From the NCBI GenBank assembly GCA_048128005.1, contig JBEUKZ010000112.1:682001-746000 (forward strand): a DNA stretch of 64,000 nt, given 5' to 3'. The notes beneath the pieces are model-generated. The model was not told the origin of the DNA. It searched no databases and saw only the letters and a list, made by a program, of their open reading frames with translations. The translations under genes were made by a program, and so were the position numbers. Positions 24,304 to 36,727 of this stretch are shown here, piece by piece. The DNA is from Veleropilina oligotropha (lineage: Eukaryota). How positions within the stretch are numbered: position 1 is the first letter of the stretch; the number at the start of each line of letters is the position of its first letter.

Positions 24304-26630
24304 GGTTTGGTTTAAACAATATTTATTTGTTTCCTACCTTGTCATTCATAATACATGTTATTTACAAATACACGTTGGGGATTTAACAACAAGATATCCT
24401 TATATAAAGTTATCTCCTCACTTACGCATTACATACAGTTTACAATTAGAAATACATGTCTTAAGTAATATTGTTTGCGGTAATTATAATAATAATGTAA
24501 TACAAGAAAATCATAAACTTTAAAAGCTGCTTTACACCTGCACGCAAGAGCACACTTTCACACTCGCATACAGACAGATTTATCACACATGCGTATGCGT
24601 ACATTTTAACGTTTCGAGCGATATACTATAATTGCCTAAGCAAATCGTTTGCTCAATGTAATAAATCGCTGGACTGTGTGGAAGATCTCTAAATTGATAT
24701 AAACAGAAAGCAAGGGACTACCATACAATAGTAGATTTATAGTGGGCTGTTGGGGGATAATTTCTATGGTGATATGTCTTGTGTCATTATACAGGACACA
24801 CTCTAAGAGAAAATGTTTGGCTGTTTCTACCTTGCCGCATGCACATTTGTCTGAGGGCGATACATGATTGTTATAAAGGTCATATTTTAGAGAACTGCAG
24901 CCTAATCGTAGTCTACAATGATTAATTTGAGCCTGTCTGCTGCCAGATGAAAAGTAGGATGGCGGCCTGCTGTTATTTCTATTCAAATACGACTTTATTG
25001 CATATAACGAAGGGTTCATCTTGATATTGTCTGGGAGAAGGTTCCAATCTCTAATGGTCTTAGGTAAGAACGAATTCTGGTATAGGTTAGTTCTAGAGTA
25101 AGGGACCTTAAGATTTAAATTATTTCGCAGGTTTATTCCATCGGGGTTTTGGTTTATTGATAGAATTAAGATCCTGGCATAAGATGGAGTTAGGTTATGG
25201 TACATTTTGAAAAAGGTAATTACTCTATGTTTATAACGTCGATCAGCTAAGCGTTCCCACTTTGTTTCCTCCATAATTTTAGCAGCAGAACATGATTTTG
25301 TAGCACCAGTTACGATCCTTCCGGCTTCTGTTTGTATTTTTTCTATTTCATCTTTCTCGTAGTTGGTACAATTGTCCTATATTATGTCTGCATATTCTAA
25401 GAGTGGTCTGATAAACGTGAAATACATAATTTGAAGAGAGTTTCTATCAAGTTTATATTTTAAATTACGCATAACATTAAGTCTAGTCCATGCTTTATTA
25501 CTTATTTCTACAATATGTTCGTGCCATGAGAGATTTCGTTGAATATTCAATCCCAAGTGTTTATGTGAAAGTACTTGTTTTATAGTGAGGTTATTCATTA
25601 TGATGTCGGGATGCGCTGGCGGGTTAAGTTTCCTTGTCATTATCATTTCTTCTGTTTTATTTGGGTTAAACGTGACCAGCCATTGGTCTGCCCAATGTTC
25701 TATAGTTTGTAGGTCGCTATTTAACATGTTTGCAGCCATTGTTGGATCTTCGACGACTATAAAAAGGGATGTATCATCGGCAAAAAGTTTTATGGCAGCA
25801 TTTATTTCACTAACAATATCATTTATGTATATAATAAATAATAACGGACCTAATATAGATCCCTGTGGTACACCTGCATTAACATCCAAGCATGGAGACT
25901 GAGACCCTTCAATTACTACTCTTTGTGACCGGTTTTGTAAATAATTGTGAAACCACTGCAGTAAAGAGCCTGATATTCCAATTTGTCTGAGTTTAAATAA
26001 CAATCCTCGGTGCCATACCCTATCAAACGCTTTACTTATATCGCAGAACACCACTCTGATCTCTTTTCCCTCATCCATAGCTTTACTAAAAGTATTGTAC
26101 ATATCCATTAGCTGTAACACGGATGAATCTCGGGAAGTGAAACCAGATTGATGCGGAGTTATAATATTATTAATTGAAATATAGTTATGCATGTATTTAA
26201 ATACACAACGCTCAAAAACTTTACCTATACAACTTAATAGAGAAATTGGCCTATAGTTTGACACATCCTTTTTGTCACCCTTTTTATGAATTGGGATTAC
26301 GTTTGCTATTTTCCATAATTTTGGAAACAGTGACTGACGGATAGAATTATTAAAAATATTTGTAAGGGGCGGTGCAATTACTGTAGCTCCTTCTTTAAGC
26401 AACTTGGGGCTAATTGCATCGGGGCCACATGCTTTACTGGGGTCCATACATTGTAATACATCTAATACATCTTGAACAGTTATGGTAATATTATTTAAGT
26501 CTGAAATTGGTACAGTTAGCGGTGGGAGTTGTGTATTTGCATCATCAAATCGCGATTGCTGGCTAAAGTAGATGTTGAATATGTTTGCCTTTTCATCAGC
26601 ACTAGTATAACTGTTTCCGTTTTTTGTTAG
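24304..26630 (-). mobile_element. 5'-truncated CR1/L2-group LINE (RT ORF ~26630-24636, one premature stop at 25377-25379)
   Basis: RT motifs NYRPISLL, DISKAFDRV, GVPQGSILGP, LFADD; C-terminal CxCG..ET..H...C; ~330-nt 3'UTR ending aataaatattgtttAAACCAAACCAACC. Confidence 0.93.
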
Positions 26631-27220
26631 GGTTATGGTTGGCATACCAATTAGGGTTAAACCTCCCACACCCCCGGAACAGGGTGGAGTGCCCGGGGGG
26701 TATGCCCCCCACCCCCTGGGAAACGCCCCAAAACTAACAGCGAAAACCTATGGTTAAACGGCGAAAACATAGGGTTATACTGCCCCCCACACCCCCGGAA
26801 CAGGGTGGAGTGCCCGGGGTTAGACAACGAAAACCTGGGGTTAGAACAGGGTGGGGTCGCCCGGGGGTACGGCAGACACACCCCAAAATCCCCACCGCCG
26901 GGGACAGGGTTATCGCCCCTGTTTTTTTCCGCTAGCCGCCATCATACTACTTATGTTCAACTGCAGATATATTAGACAATAACATTTCTACGCACTCTCC
27001 AAACAGAGAGAGTTATCGTTCCCATCATTTCTAATGTAATATCTATTGTTTGTACAGAAGCACAATGGCGTTATGCGTAGGAGAGTTATCTTTCAGAGAA
27101 GTCGATCACACAGGATATATTGTTATTGTTAATTATCGAATCATCAAACGCGTGCACACAGATTTGATCGGAGAGCGAAACGTGTGAATTGATAAAACGT
27201 AAACCAGTAAACCCATATAA

Positions 27221-30200
27221 TAGTCCAGTGTGTTATGTATTTTCGTTTTTATTTTTTGGAGATTTGCAAACCTATACATTTTTGGAAACATTATAACCAA
27301 CAGAATTTGAAAACCAATGTTTGCATTTGAACCGAAGCCGTTATGGCGGCCATTTTGAATTTCAAGATGGCCGCCATTTGAAATAATTTATATAGCATAA
27401 TACAGCCACAATATCAACGAATAATTTACTTTTCGAGTTTAAATGTATATTACCATGATGAAAACATTACATAGCATCATCTGTCTGAATAATGTATATA
27501 TATTACAGGACATGTGGTGGTCTTTTTAGTGTATGATGTAATATGGATTTCTGGTAGTCACTGTATTATGAAGGCAATGTTGCAGATTTATCTAAAGTTT
27601 TTGTATTACATCACACAATATTAACTACAAAACATGCAAGACCAAATAATGGTCAATGTTCAAGCCAATATGCAAATTATAAATGAGTATTTTCCGTAAA
27701 ACAATGCATTTAACGCATCAACAGGTATTAAGGGGAGATAACTCAAAATTGTTTATATTTGTGTTAAGCATTAATTATATGTAATTATAACATGTATAAA
27801 GGTTAAATAAGACATATGTTGGAGCATTAACTATATTTCCAGAGTTAGCTCACGAATCGGGTCAACCCAATGGATAGTAATCACACAAACAAACCAGCTA
27901 CGATTTCTAGCAGTTGGAGAAAGGCATCTCAATACGTGATCTCGTTTCAAATGCACCTCTACGAAATAGTTGCTTGATTCCAGACCAGACTTGAAAAAGA
28001 CCGTTATTCTCAGACAAGATAAAAGTTTTGCTGTCATCGCTGGTCTTCAGTGTCATGGAGTGCCAATTCAGAACTCTAGTACCGATATAGACCATACCTG
28101 GATGGAAGCAAGTTCTTCTTCTTATTTACTTTCGCCTTATCGTGTTAAGGGGCCGGCGGCCTGAATTCTTCTTCTCCATTCCTCTGTGATGTACGCCACC
28201 CTCTGTCAGATCCATATCCTCCATACTGTACCTCAGTTCATCTCTCCATCTCCTGAGTTAACGTCCTATACTCCTCCGTCCTCTTACTGGCTCCCTCTTG
28301 TCACCACATCTTCCCTACTCATCCTTAAGACGTGTCCGTACGATCTCATCTTTTTTCACCCTCATTCTGCTCCGCACCTCTTCGATTCTGGTTTTATCTC
28401 GCAGCGTCATATCCAAAATTATTCTCAGAATACGCATTTCCGTCACCTCCATTCTCCTCTCATCCCTCTTCGTAAGTGCTCAGCACGCCGCCCCATACGT
28501 CATATTCGGCCCCACCATCATCTTATAAATCTTAGCTTTCAACTTGATCGGCATCTTCCTGTTATTCAACACTCCACTCATCCAGCTTGAATTGATTCCG
28601 TCCTTAACATCATTGTCACACCCTTCCTTCACATATGGCTGATCCCAAGTACAAAATTTCCACCCTCTGTCCGTCTGCTCTACTACACAGTATCGACTCT
28701 GACTTTTTCGAGTTCATCTTTAGTCCAAACCTATCCAGACTTGTTTGCAAACCCAGCAACCATTCTTGCAACTGGTCGTCGCTGTCTGCCAAATCCTAAG
28801 TTGCACACACTAAAAACGACCGCTACATGCCCACATGTACTCATACATTGCAGAATATAAATTGGCTATTGATGTATTTTTCAACGATAACCCTAATCTG
28901 AAGGACATTTGTCGGGATTCCATAAAAGAAAGAGAGGTAGCCTGCCTCGACATCAACAAAACCGAGCTAAACATGATACATTTGCCAGGTCATGTCTCTT
29001 GCATGTTTTGGCCACTGCTGATGTCCCGAATACCTTTAAAGTTTCGGAAGTTAAAGCAGGCAATGTTCCAGTCCATGATGAATAATGAAATTCATCGAGT
29101 GGAAACAATTCTGGCCTTCATCACAGTATCTCATTCATCTGACCTGATGCTTCATTGTGAAGCAGAAGAATACCTGAGTAAACTGTTTATGCGATGGATA
29201 TCATAAAGTACAAATGGCTCTGGCCATGCTATATTAAGATATATATATATGACCTTAGGTCTAACCACCCAGACACTTCGCCTTCAGAACAAACTATAAG
29301 CAACAGCAATCTTCCCTTTGAAAATAGCAACCATGATAAATCAGACACACTGATGGTCTGGATAGATGTGTTAGCAACAAGACGTGCATCTCAAAATGCG
29401 TATCGCACACTTTTCTTTCCCAAAACGGATGTTATATTTTCTGTTATGTTATTTTTCCAAGAAACACATGCATCTCTTTAATAATAATGCCCCTCTATGG
29501 TATCATGGGTGGATCTAATTCAGCCAATCTGGAGAGCTTGAGCTGCAATGCAGCAAAGGCACTATAAGTATTTCATGCTTTTACAAGAGCAGACACTGAG
29601 CATTTCTGTCGAATAGGCAAAGCCATATATATATCGTTAGAGTTATATCTGAAGGCGACAGTCAAGTTATTAAGGCACTATAAGAGTATAGTGATATTGC
29701 GGAGGTGTCGGAGAAACATCTCGTCACACTTGCGACATTTGTATGTACCGTATATTATCCAAGAGGAAACCATATCAATAACATACCTGAAGTGCAGTGG
29801 CATCTATTTTACAATTATGTCGAAGAATGATTGGTTCCCTCATACAGTTGACAGACTAGCATTACGGAACAAACCAGCACATCGCCACAAGAATTCTTGT
29901 ATCCACTACGAAATGAATACTATCGGCTCCAAATGCAATACATGAAATGGTAAGATTCAAGTGCAAGTTGGAGTGTTTCAGAATGATTATGACCCTAAAG
30001 AAAACACTTTAGCTAATGACTGATGATGATGAAATGTATTAGAATTTTGGACTAGATGTTATATTGGTTTGCGAATGGAGCAGTGATTATAAAAGATAAT
30101 CTTTAAATTCTTTAATTCGGCTTAGCAAGTACAATATATAAGACTAAATATTCACAAAGTTTAAACCAGCTCGCTCGTTATTTATCAGCAAATTCCTTAG

Positions 30201-31144
30201 TTCAAAGCGAAATAAACCAGACAGCGTATGCAAGACGGAATACGCATTATATAGTATACCTGCGATCTCCTTGGATGCGCTCGAAAACATTATCATTTAT
30301 AGAAAACCTGAAGGAACAGTTTAATCTGCATGGTCCAACAGGCCACAATATGACCTGCAGAATTTCATATATTTGGTGGTAAAGTTTTTAGTTTTGGTGT
30401 ATCTTGTAGAATGTGATGGTTTCAAAATGGCCACCAATCATTGAAAAATGTACCCGTACTTATCCGCTGGCGAAAATATTAATACTCAGTGAGTATATTA
30501 AATGGCTTGGAAGTTAAGAGGCTGTTCTGCCTTGGTAAATAAATACATTTATGTGTTATAAAATCTGGAGAATGACAAAATGGATTTTGTATAGCCGCCC
30601 TTTTAAATCTAATATAGATGCCTAGCTATCTCCTTAGAGGTGCTCGAAGTCATTATACCATGTAGGCCTACATTTATAGCAAGGAACATATTAAGCTTCA
30701 TGGATACATAATGAAGTCGTCAGCATTTAATTCATATCGCTGATGGTGAGTTTATGCTGTATCTTGTGGAATGGTGAAAATGGTCCATTTTCATGCTTTC
30801 AAAATGGCCGCCAATCTTTTAAAAATGTTCAAAAGAGACTCGTACTTATCCGGGGGCGAAAATATTAATACTTTTGGGCTATATTGAGTAGGTTGGAGAT
30901 TAAGATGCTGTTTTGTCTTGGTAAATGAATACATTAATGTAATATAAAAGCTGGAGAATGACTAAAAAAGATTTTGCGAAGTCGCCATTTTGAATTCCAA
31001 TATGGCCGCCATAACGGAATTTCCTCAAATGCAAACATTGGTTTTTGAACTCCCCAGGGTATAGAGTTTTTAAAAATATATAGGTTTGCAAATCTCCAAG
31101 TAAAAATAACGAAACCCATTTTTAGGACATAGTGAACCTGACTA
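27221..31144 (+). mobile_element. Degenerate Academ-like DNA transposon
   Basis: TAG...CTA ends, ~170-bp imperfect TIRs (tggagatttgcaaacctata / tataggtttgcaaatctcca), 3-bp TSD TAA/TAA, broken ORFs at 28835-29480 (LMLHCE...KLF...DIIKY...PCY...DLRSNHP) resembling Academ transposase. Confidence 0.7.
28113..28800 (-). mobile_element. RTE-type LINE 3' fragment nested in the Academ-like element
   Basis: Minus strand encodes degraded KILYLGS...KMPIKLKAKIYKMMVGPNMTYG...EMRILR...YGHVLRM; (GAA)n tail. Confidence 0.8.
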
Positions 31145-31514
31145 TAAGTCAGATGTATGCATGATGAGAGATTTGATGTGAATATTATGAGATGTTCGAA
31201 GTTTGCTAGTGGACATTATACTTAAAACCATAAGACCTCACGGTATAATTTTAATTTTTCTATACGTAACACTAGTTGACTTTGTTAAAATTCACAATTT
31301 GGTCATATTTGTCATAATATGTGTTAAATAATAAGGAGTGCGGTTTATAAATTTTATTTGTCAATTTTTATTTTATTTCCAAGATGAAGGGATGTATCTA
31401 TCTTGTAATAAATAAATATCGCACGTATATATTGAATGAAATATGTGATGTCGCAACAAATCTTCACAATATTTGACTGCTTTGATATGTATGTAGGTAG
31501 GTGAATTGTTTTAC

Positions 31515-31712
31515 GACCACATTTTGGCAAGTTTTCAGCCTTACCGCAGTCGGGACACCCGGCTCAAGATCTCACTCCGATCTGACAGACGTATATTAGG
31601 GGTATGCCTTCTATTAGTTTTAAGCTGTATAATAAGCCACGCTGGAGTGGGGATTCGAACCAACATCTTAACGTCCCACTTAATGTTTTTCTGACGCTCT
31701 ACCAGCTGAGCT
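31515..31712 (-). mobile_element. tRNA-derived SINE, same family as 20526-20735
   Basis: Reverse-complement similarity along its whole length. Confidence 0.8.
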
Positions 31713-32219
31713 TTGATATGTAAATTTATAAGCACATCAACATAATATGCAATCGTGAAAATCGCGGTACAGTATTAAACTGTATGCAATTGTGATGAAA
31801 AGTGCATTAATTTAATTTTTGTGATTAACACTTTTCTGGTGGATAAATCATTGCATTAACTGGAAAAACAATCAATAATTATATCGTGTCGTAACAACAT
31901 GATTTCGAACATGGATCACGTTAAGGGTACAAAATATATCTTCAAATTTATCACATCGATACAAGTTTTATTTTATTATAAACGATGTAGCGCACCCAAC
32001 AAACTCATATACAGACCTATGCGATAATTTTATTAATATCGATTTCAAATAAATGTGGTTGCAAATCGTTATCTAGGATGGTCACCAAATCATCCAAAAG
32101 CCACTCAGCATTTTAATCTTGAAAGAAATAAACCACGCAATGGAACCTAAATAATGATCGCAACAGATATAATTCAACGAGATTAGGATATATACATAAC
32201 AGCACTTTTCATAACTAAC

Positions 32220-32880
32220 CGCGGAGAGAGTGTGTTTCCCTGGTCGACCTGGGTTAAATTCCTCCCGCAATAATATGGACATATCATGGCTTGAATTGAG
32301 CCGCGCAGGTAGCCATGTGGTATAGAGTGCCGGCTCTGAAATCACTGGCTTGACTGGTCTAATTAGGAGGATTATGTTCAAAACTCGGTTGGTACATGAC
32401 AATCTTTGTTCAGTTATCAATCACAGTTGTCCTTCACTGGCCGGAGAGGGTCGATTTCCCCGGGCGATATGCCTTTCTTCTCACGAATATATGGTCATGT
32501 CCTGGTTTGAACCTGACGGTTGAAACTATACAGGACTTAACCCTCGATCCAATCCAATACCTGGTTTTAACTTCAAGATTGCAAATATACAGGACATTAA
32601 ACATAGATCCCTCCATACATTTTTACATTATAACGTTTTCGGCCGCTCTGGCAGTCGTGTGGTTTCGGTTGCAGACTCTAAAATCATTGACTTACTTTCA
32701 CTGACACGAACAGTAGTGGGGTCGAAGTTCGGTTGGGACAATGCCACTATTTGTTCAGTTTTGAAGCACATTTGTCCGTATCTGGTCGGAGAGGGCGGGT
32801 TTCCCCGGACGACCGGGCTTTCCTCCCGCAATAATATTGACATATCGTACTTTTTATTTGAAGGTTATAAATATACATGA
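32220..32880 (+). mobile_element. Cluster of three V-SINE-like copies in tandem (one partial)
   Basis: Repeated tttcccc/tgg.cgacc.gg.tttcctcccgcaataat core; tRNA-like heads at ~32300 and ~32640. Confidence 0.75.
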
Positions 32881-33326
32881 TATTAAGCATCGATCCAATT
32901 ATAAGTTTTTTATTTATATGCAGATTAGATGTTGAACTGCTTAAAACAATTTTACAATATTTCTGTATGTCCGATTGTCACGATTGTATAGGCATCGCAT
33001 CTTGTTTGGGACTATTTTGAACAAGATTAACAAGAATAGATAGCTACCGAAGCTGGGTTCCAACCAGTTGACTGTGAATGACAATGTACAGAATGTTGAC
33101 TGTGTGCTACCTCAAAACACTGTGATCTGACAACGACGACAAACAGGAAATTCATACCGCAACACGACTGAAATCCATGTGTGTATATATTCAGTTTATT
33201 ATATGGCGGACTTAAAACAGAAAAGTAATCATATCACCAATGCTGTGTGATCGACTATTCCGCAATGTTGTTGATGCCGCATATGTCCGCAGCTGAACCA
33301 GTCAACCGGTGTCGCAATTAAACATG

Positions 33327-33382
33327 TAGATTACCCTAGGTTAGATTACCCTGGGTTAGATTACCCTGGGTTAGATTACCCA
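33327..33382. repeat. 15-bp tandem repeat (tagattaccctgggt), ~3.7 copies
   Basis: Read directly from the sequence. Confidence 0.9.
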
Positions 33383-33496
33383 ATAACGGAAAAACTCTAA
33401 CGCCCGCAAATGGCATGACCACGTCCACAAGGGTTTTATATTTCACTTCTTTCGACATTGAATGGCGTTATGAACAAAAGCGTCATAGCAGAGAAT

Positions 33497-35133
33497 CGGC
33501 TGTATTCATAAACGTCACTCACACTCACACTCTGTGAGTGCGCACTCATCCTAACTGAGTGTAACCTGACACTCATTGAGGGGGCGCTCGAACTTACTGA
33601 GAAAAGATCGATTCTGTTTCATAAATGACGCCCACACTCCATCAAGTACTAATCACTGAGTAAACGCCGAGTGCGACAGGTACCTCCCTCGACCTGCACT
33701 CACAGTCAAATAAAGGAGATTGTGTAGCTAGATCACCTTATTTTTCATGAGAGACTTCACACATTCGCACATTATAGAGATAAAATCAATAATTTAACTC
33801 TGAAGATTACAACGATGGGATATTGGAGACGGTATTGGAGACGTTTAAGGAAGATATATAGCAGCCAAAACTTTTTTAAAGATAAAAGTTTCCCATAATT
33901 TAATCACGTTATACATTATTAATAACATTGTGTTTCCATACAACTGAGCCATATCAATGTGAAATCGGGGAATTTTTCGGTCTGTCGCAAGAACTATAAC
34001 AAGAACGACGCGTTCGGAATATGTCTTGACCTTTCTTTATTTCCGTCAAATTTGCATAACAGTTATAACGTTGCAATGGCTATATAAGTGCAAGCTTTCG
34101 TGGCTTAATTTACTACCCCGTCGATTGTGACGTCACCAAATGACGATTAATCTAAAGCGACGTCGTAATGACGTCATTGCTCTTTGCTTGCAATATTAGA
34201 CATACGCTATATACAAATATGCATAAAAGTGCCTAATAAATGCATATTTTTGCAAAATTATGTCGCGAAAGTTATAAACACGACCTACAAATAATCTTGG
34301 GAATGTGTGTACCAATTTTCAGGGTAATTGGTTCAGTAGTTTTCGAGAAAATCAGCGGATATATATATATATATAAGTATATATGTATATACACACGGAC
34401 CATTTGATAATGTCTTGTCCTTTTTTATCAAAAAGGTCAAGACATAATAAAAAGCGCGAAACGATCGATTGCAAGATAGAAACTGCGATTCATTATTGTT
34501 TTCAACTAACGGCAGCAGAAAATGAGAGCTTTTAGAGAAAAGGTGGTATCTGTATTCCATGTTTGGTGGTATTAGTTAATAAATTGACCAAGTGCAACGC
34601 GACTTCAGTAAATATTATTATTTTACATCCATTCATATCTTCGTTGTGCCAATTAATATTGAAATGATACATACATCTGAATTAAAAGTAAACATGTATG
34701 AAAGAATATACATTATTTATTTCGTTTGATTTCCCACGTTTAAGAAGAGCTTGAAACAGTATGATGTGCGTGTGTGTATAAACATTTTTGTATTATTTTA
34801 CCTGTACCCCGTGAATACCTTCAATTAAATTAACTATTGCAACTAGCCCGTTCGTATTAGCAGAACAAAGCCGCATTGTTATCTCGGCGGCCATCCAGTA
34901 GGCTATACCACTTTTCTCGTGCTGTATGCAACTCCAGTCGCACTCCAGTCAGTAGGACATGAGTGACGTTTATGAAACGAACTCAAGCTTCACTCACTGA
35001 GTGTGGGGTCGCCTTCATATGCTTCGAGTGGGAGGTCGCCCTCACACTCCAGTCCCATTTCAGCCACCCTCCAACATGACTAACTTGAGTGTGTGTGGGA
35101 CTCTCCAGTGAGTAACGTTTGTTAATACAGCCG
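33497..35133. mobile_element. Non-autonomous DNA transposon, possibly PIF/Harbinger-like
   Basis: 26-bp imperfect TIR cggctgtattcataaacgtcactcac / gtgagtaacgtttgttaatacagccg; cactc-rich subterminal repeats; no clean TSD. Confidence 0.7.
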
Positions 35134-35711
35134 TAAGTCTCAAAGTAAATTATAATGAATAAAGCTAAAAAATATCAATACTGTATGCATTGTCACCGAT
35201 ACACAAGAAGACATCATCAATAAACAAGAATGCAAAAATCAATGGTCTCATAAACAGTGACGTAGCTTTTTATGTAATGTCATGACATTCTGCAGAACGA
35301 GGCGCAACTGTGCCAGTTAGCTTACTGATAATTCTCTCACGTTGACATTTTAAATATAATGCCCGTTTCAGTTAACGAGTCTTGCTCCCAATGTATACAT
35401 ATATATAATATTGTTACATGACCTGGTATTTTCGCCCATTCTCATTGGTTAAAAGTCGATCACGTGACATTGGTTATGACGTTATGTTCACGTTGTGTCA
35501 GGTCAATATAACGAATCCGTTGACCCATTCTATTCTGATTGGCCAGAAGTCTGTCACGTGATCGCTCGCCAGGTCAATATAACGAATCCGTTGACTTGTT
35601 TCACTCCCATTGGCTAAAAGGTGAATCCGTTGATTTGTTATGCTCTTATAGTCTAGTACATATTCTTTAATGCGACCTGTGTAACGATATATGTATACAG
35701 TAAACCTGAGG

Positions 35712-35984
35712 AGGAGGAGGAGGAGGAGGAGGAATTATGCTTAATGTCCTGTATATTTATAACATCGAGGTTCAAGGCAGGACATGTCCGTGTTATCGCG
35801 GGAGGAAACCCCGGTCGCCCGGGTAAACCCGCCCTCTTCGGCCAGTCACGGACAACTGTGCTTCATAACTTGAACAAATGTGTGCTGCCTCAGCCGGGGG
35901 TCGATCCCACTACTGTTCGCGTCAGCGGAAACAAGCCAGTGAATTTAGAGTGGACACTCTACCCACTGCGCTACCGAAGCGGCC
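35712..35984 (-). mobile_element. Full-length V-SINE-like element with (CCT)n tail
   Basis: 14-bp TSD cagtaaacctgagg (35698-35711 and 35985-35998); A/B boxes; core gggtttacccgggcgaccggggtttcctccc. Confidence 0.9.
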
Positions 35985-36072
35985 CAGTAAACCTGAGGGA
36001 AATGGTGATTAATGGACGTCATATAACAATATAATTATTGACTGTTATTTCGGAGAACATAATGATTTATCC

Positions 36073-36128
36073 ACCTCGGAAAGTGATATTCACCTCGGGT
36101 TCGCCTCGGTGAATATCACATTCCTTGG
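36073..36128. repeat. Hairpin with CTCG-ggttcgc-CTCG apex
   Basis: gtgatattcacc pairs with ggtgaatatcac. Confidence 0.8.
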
Positions 36129-36727
36129 TATATCCTGCAGAAATCTGTATTATGAGCTTGTTTTCACTCACTGTACAATGATGGATCGTCGAACATTTGC
36201 GACGTTTTACTGTGACGACCCGTATGTTGATAGTTAATCAACGTTACGCCCAGACAGTGAGTATATATACGGGTGGCCATATAAAAACTGCTGGATCGAA
36301 TGCAACCGTCAATCCGAGATTCTCCATTGCGATATGACTGAAAACAAACTTGTCGAAATCATATGTAAACAGTGAAATACTGATCCGCCAAATGAATATC
36401 ATCAGAGGTAGTCTATGTTGTCACTGGGACTACTATACTATAATATACTTAGTAGTCCCATCTATTAAATCAATCGATACTGCGATACAACTATGATATA
36501 TATATATGATTCGGCGAACGAACAGGTGATAATATATACATGGTCAGCGTTTATCTTCTGTACTATCGAAGTGTGTACTTCGCACCAAGAACGCATGCTG
36601 CCAATATACAAAGAACCTTAAGTGACACTATTCAGTTATAAATTCGAGATTACATGTTGATAACACACTTAGCAATGGAGTGTTTATGTCATTTATATAG
36701 CTAGTAAATAGCTATTTAGACACCAAC

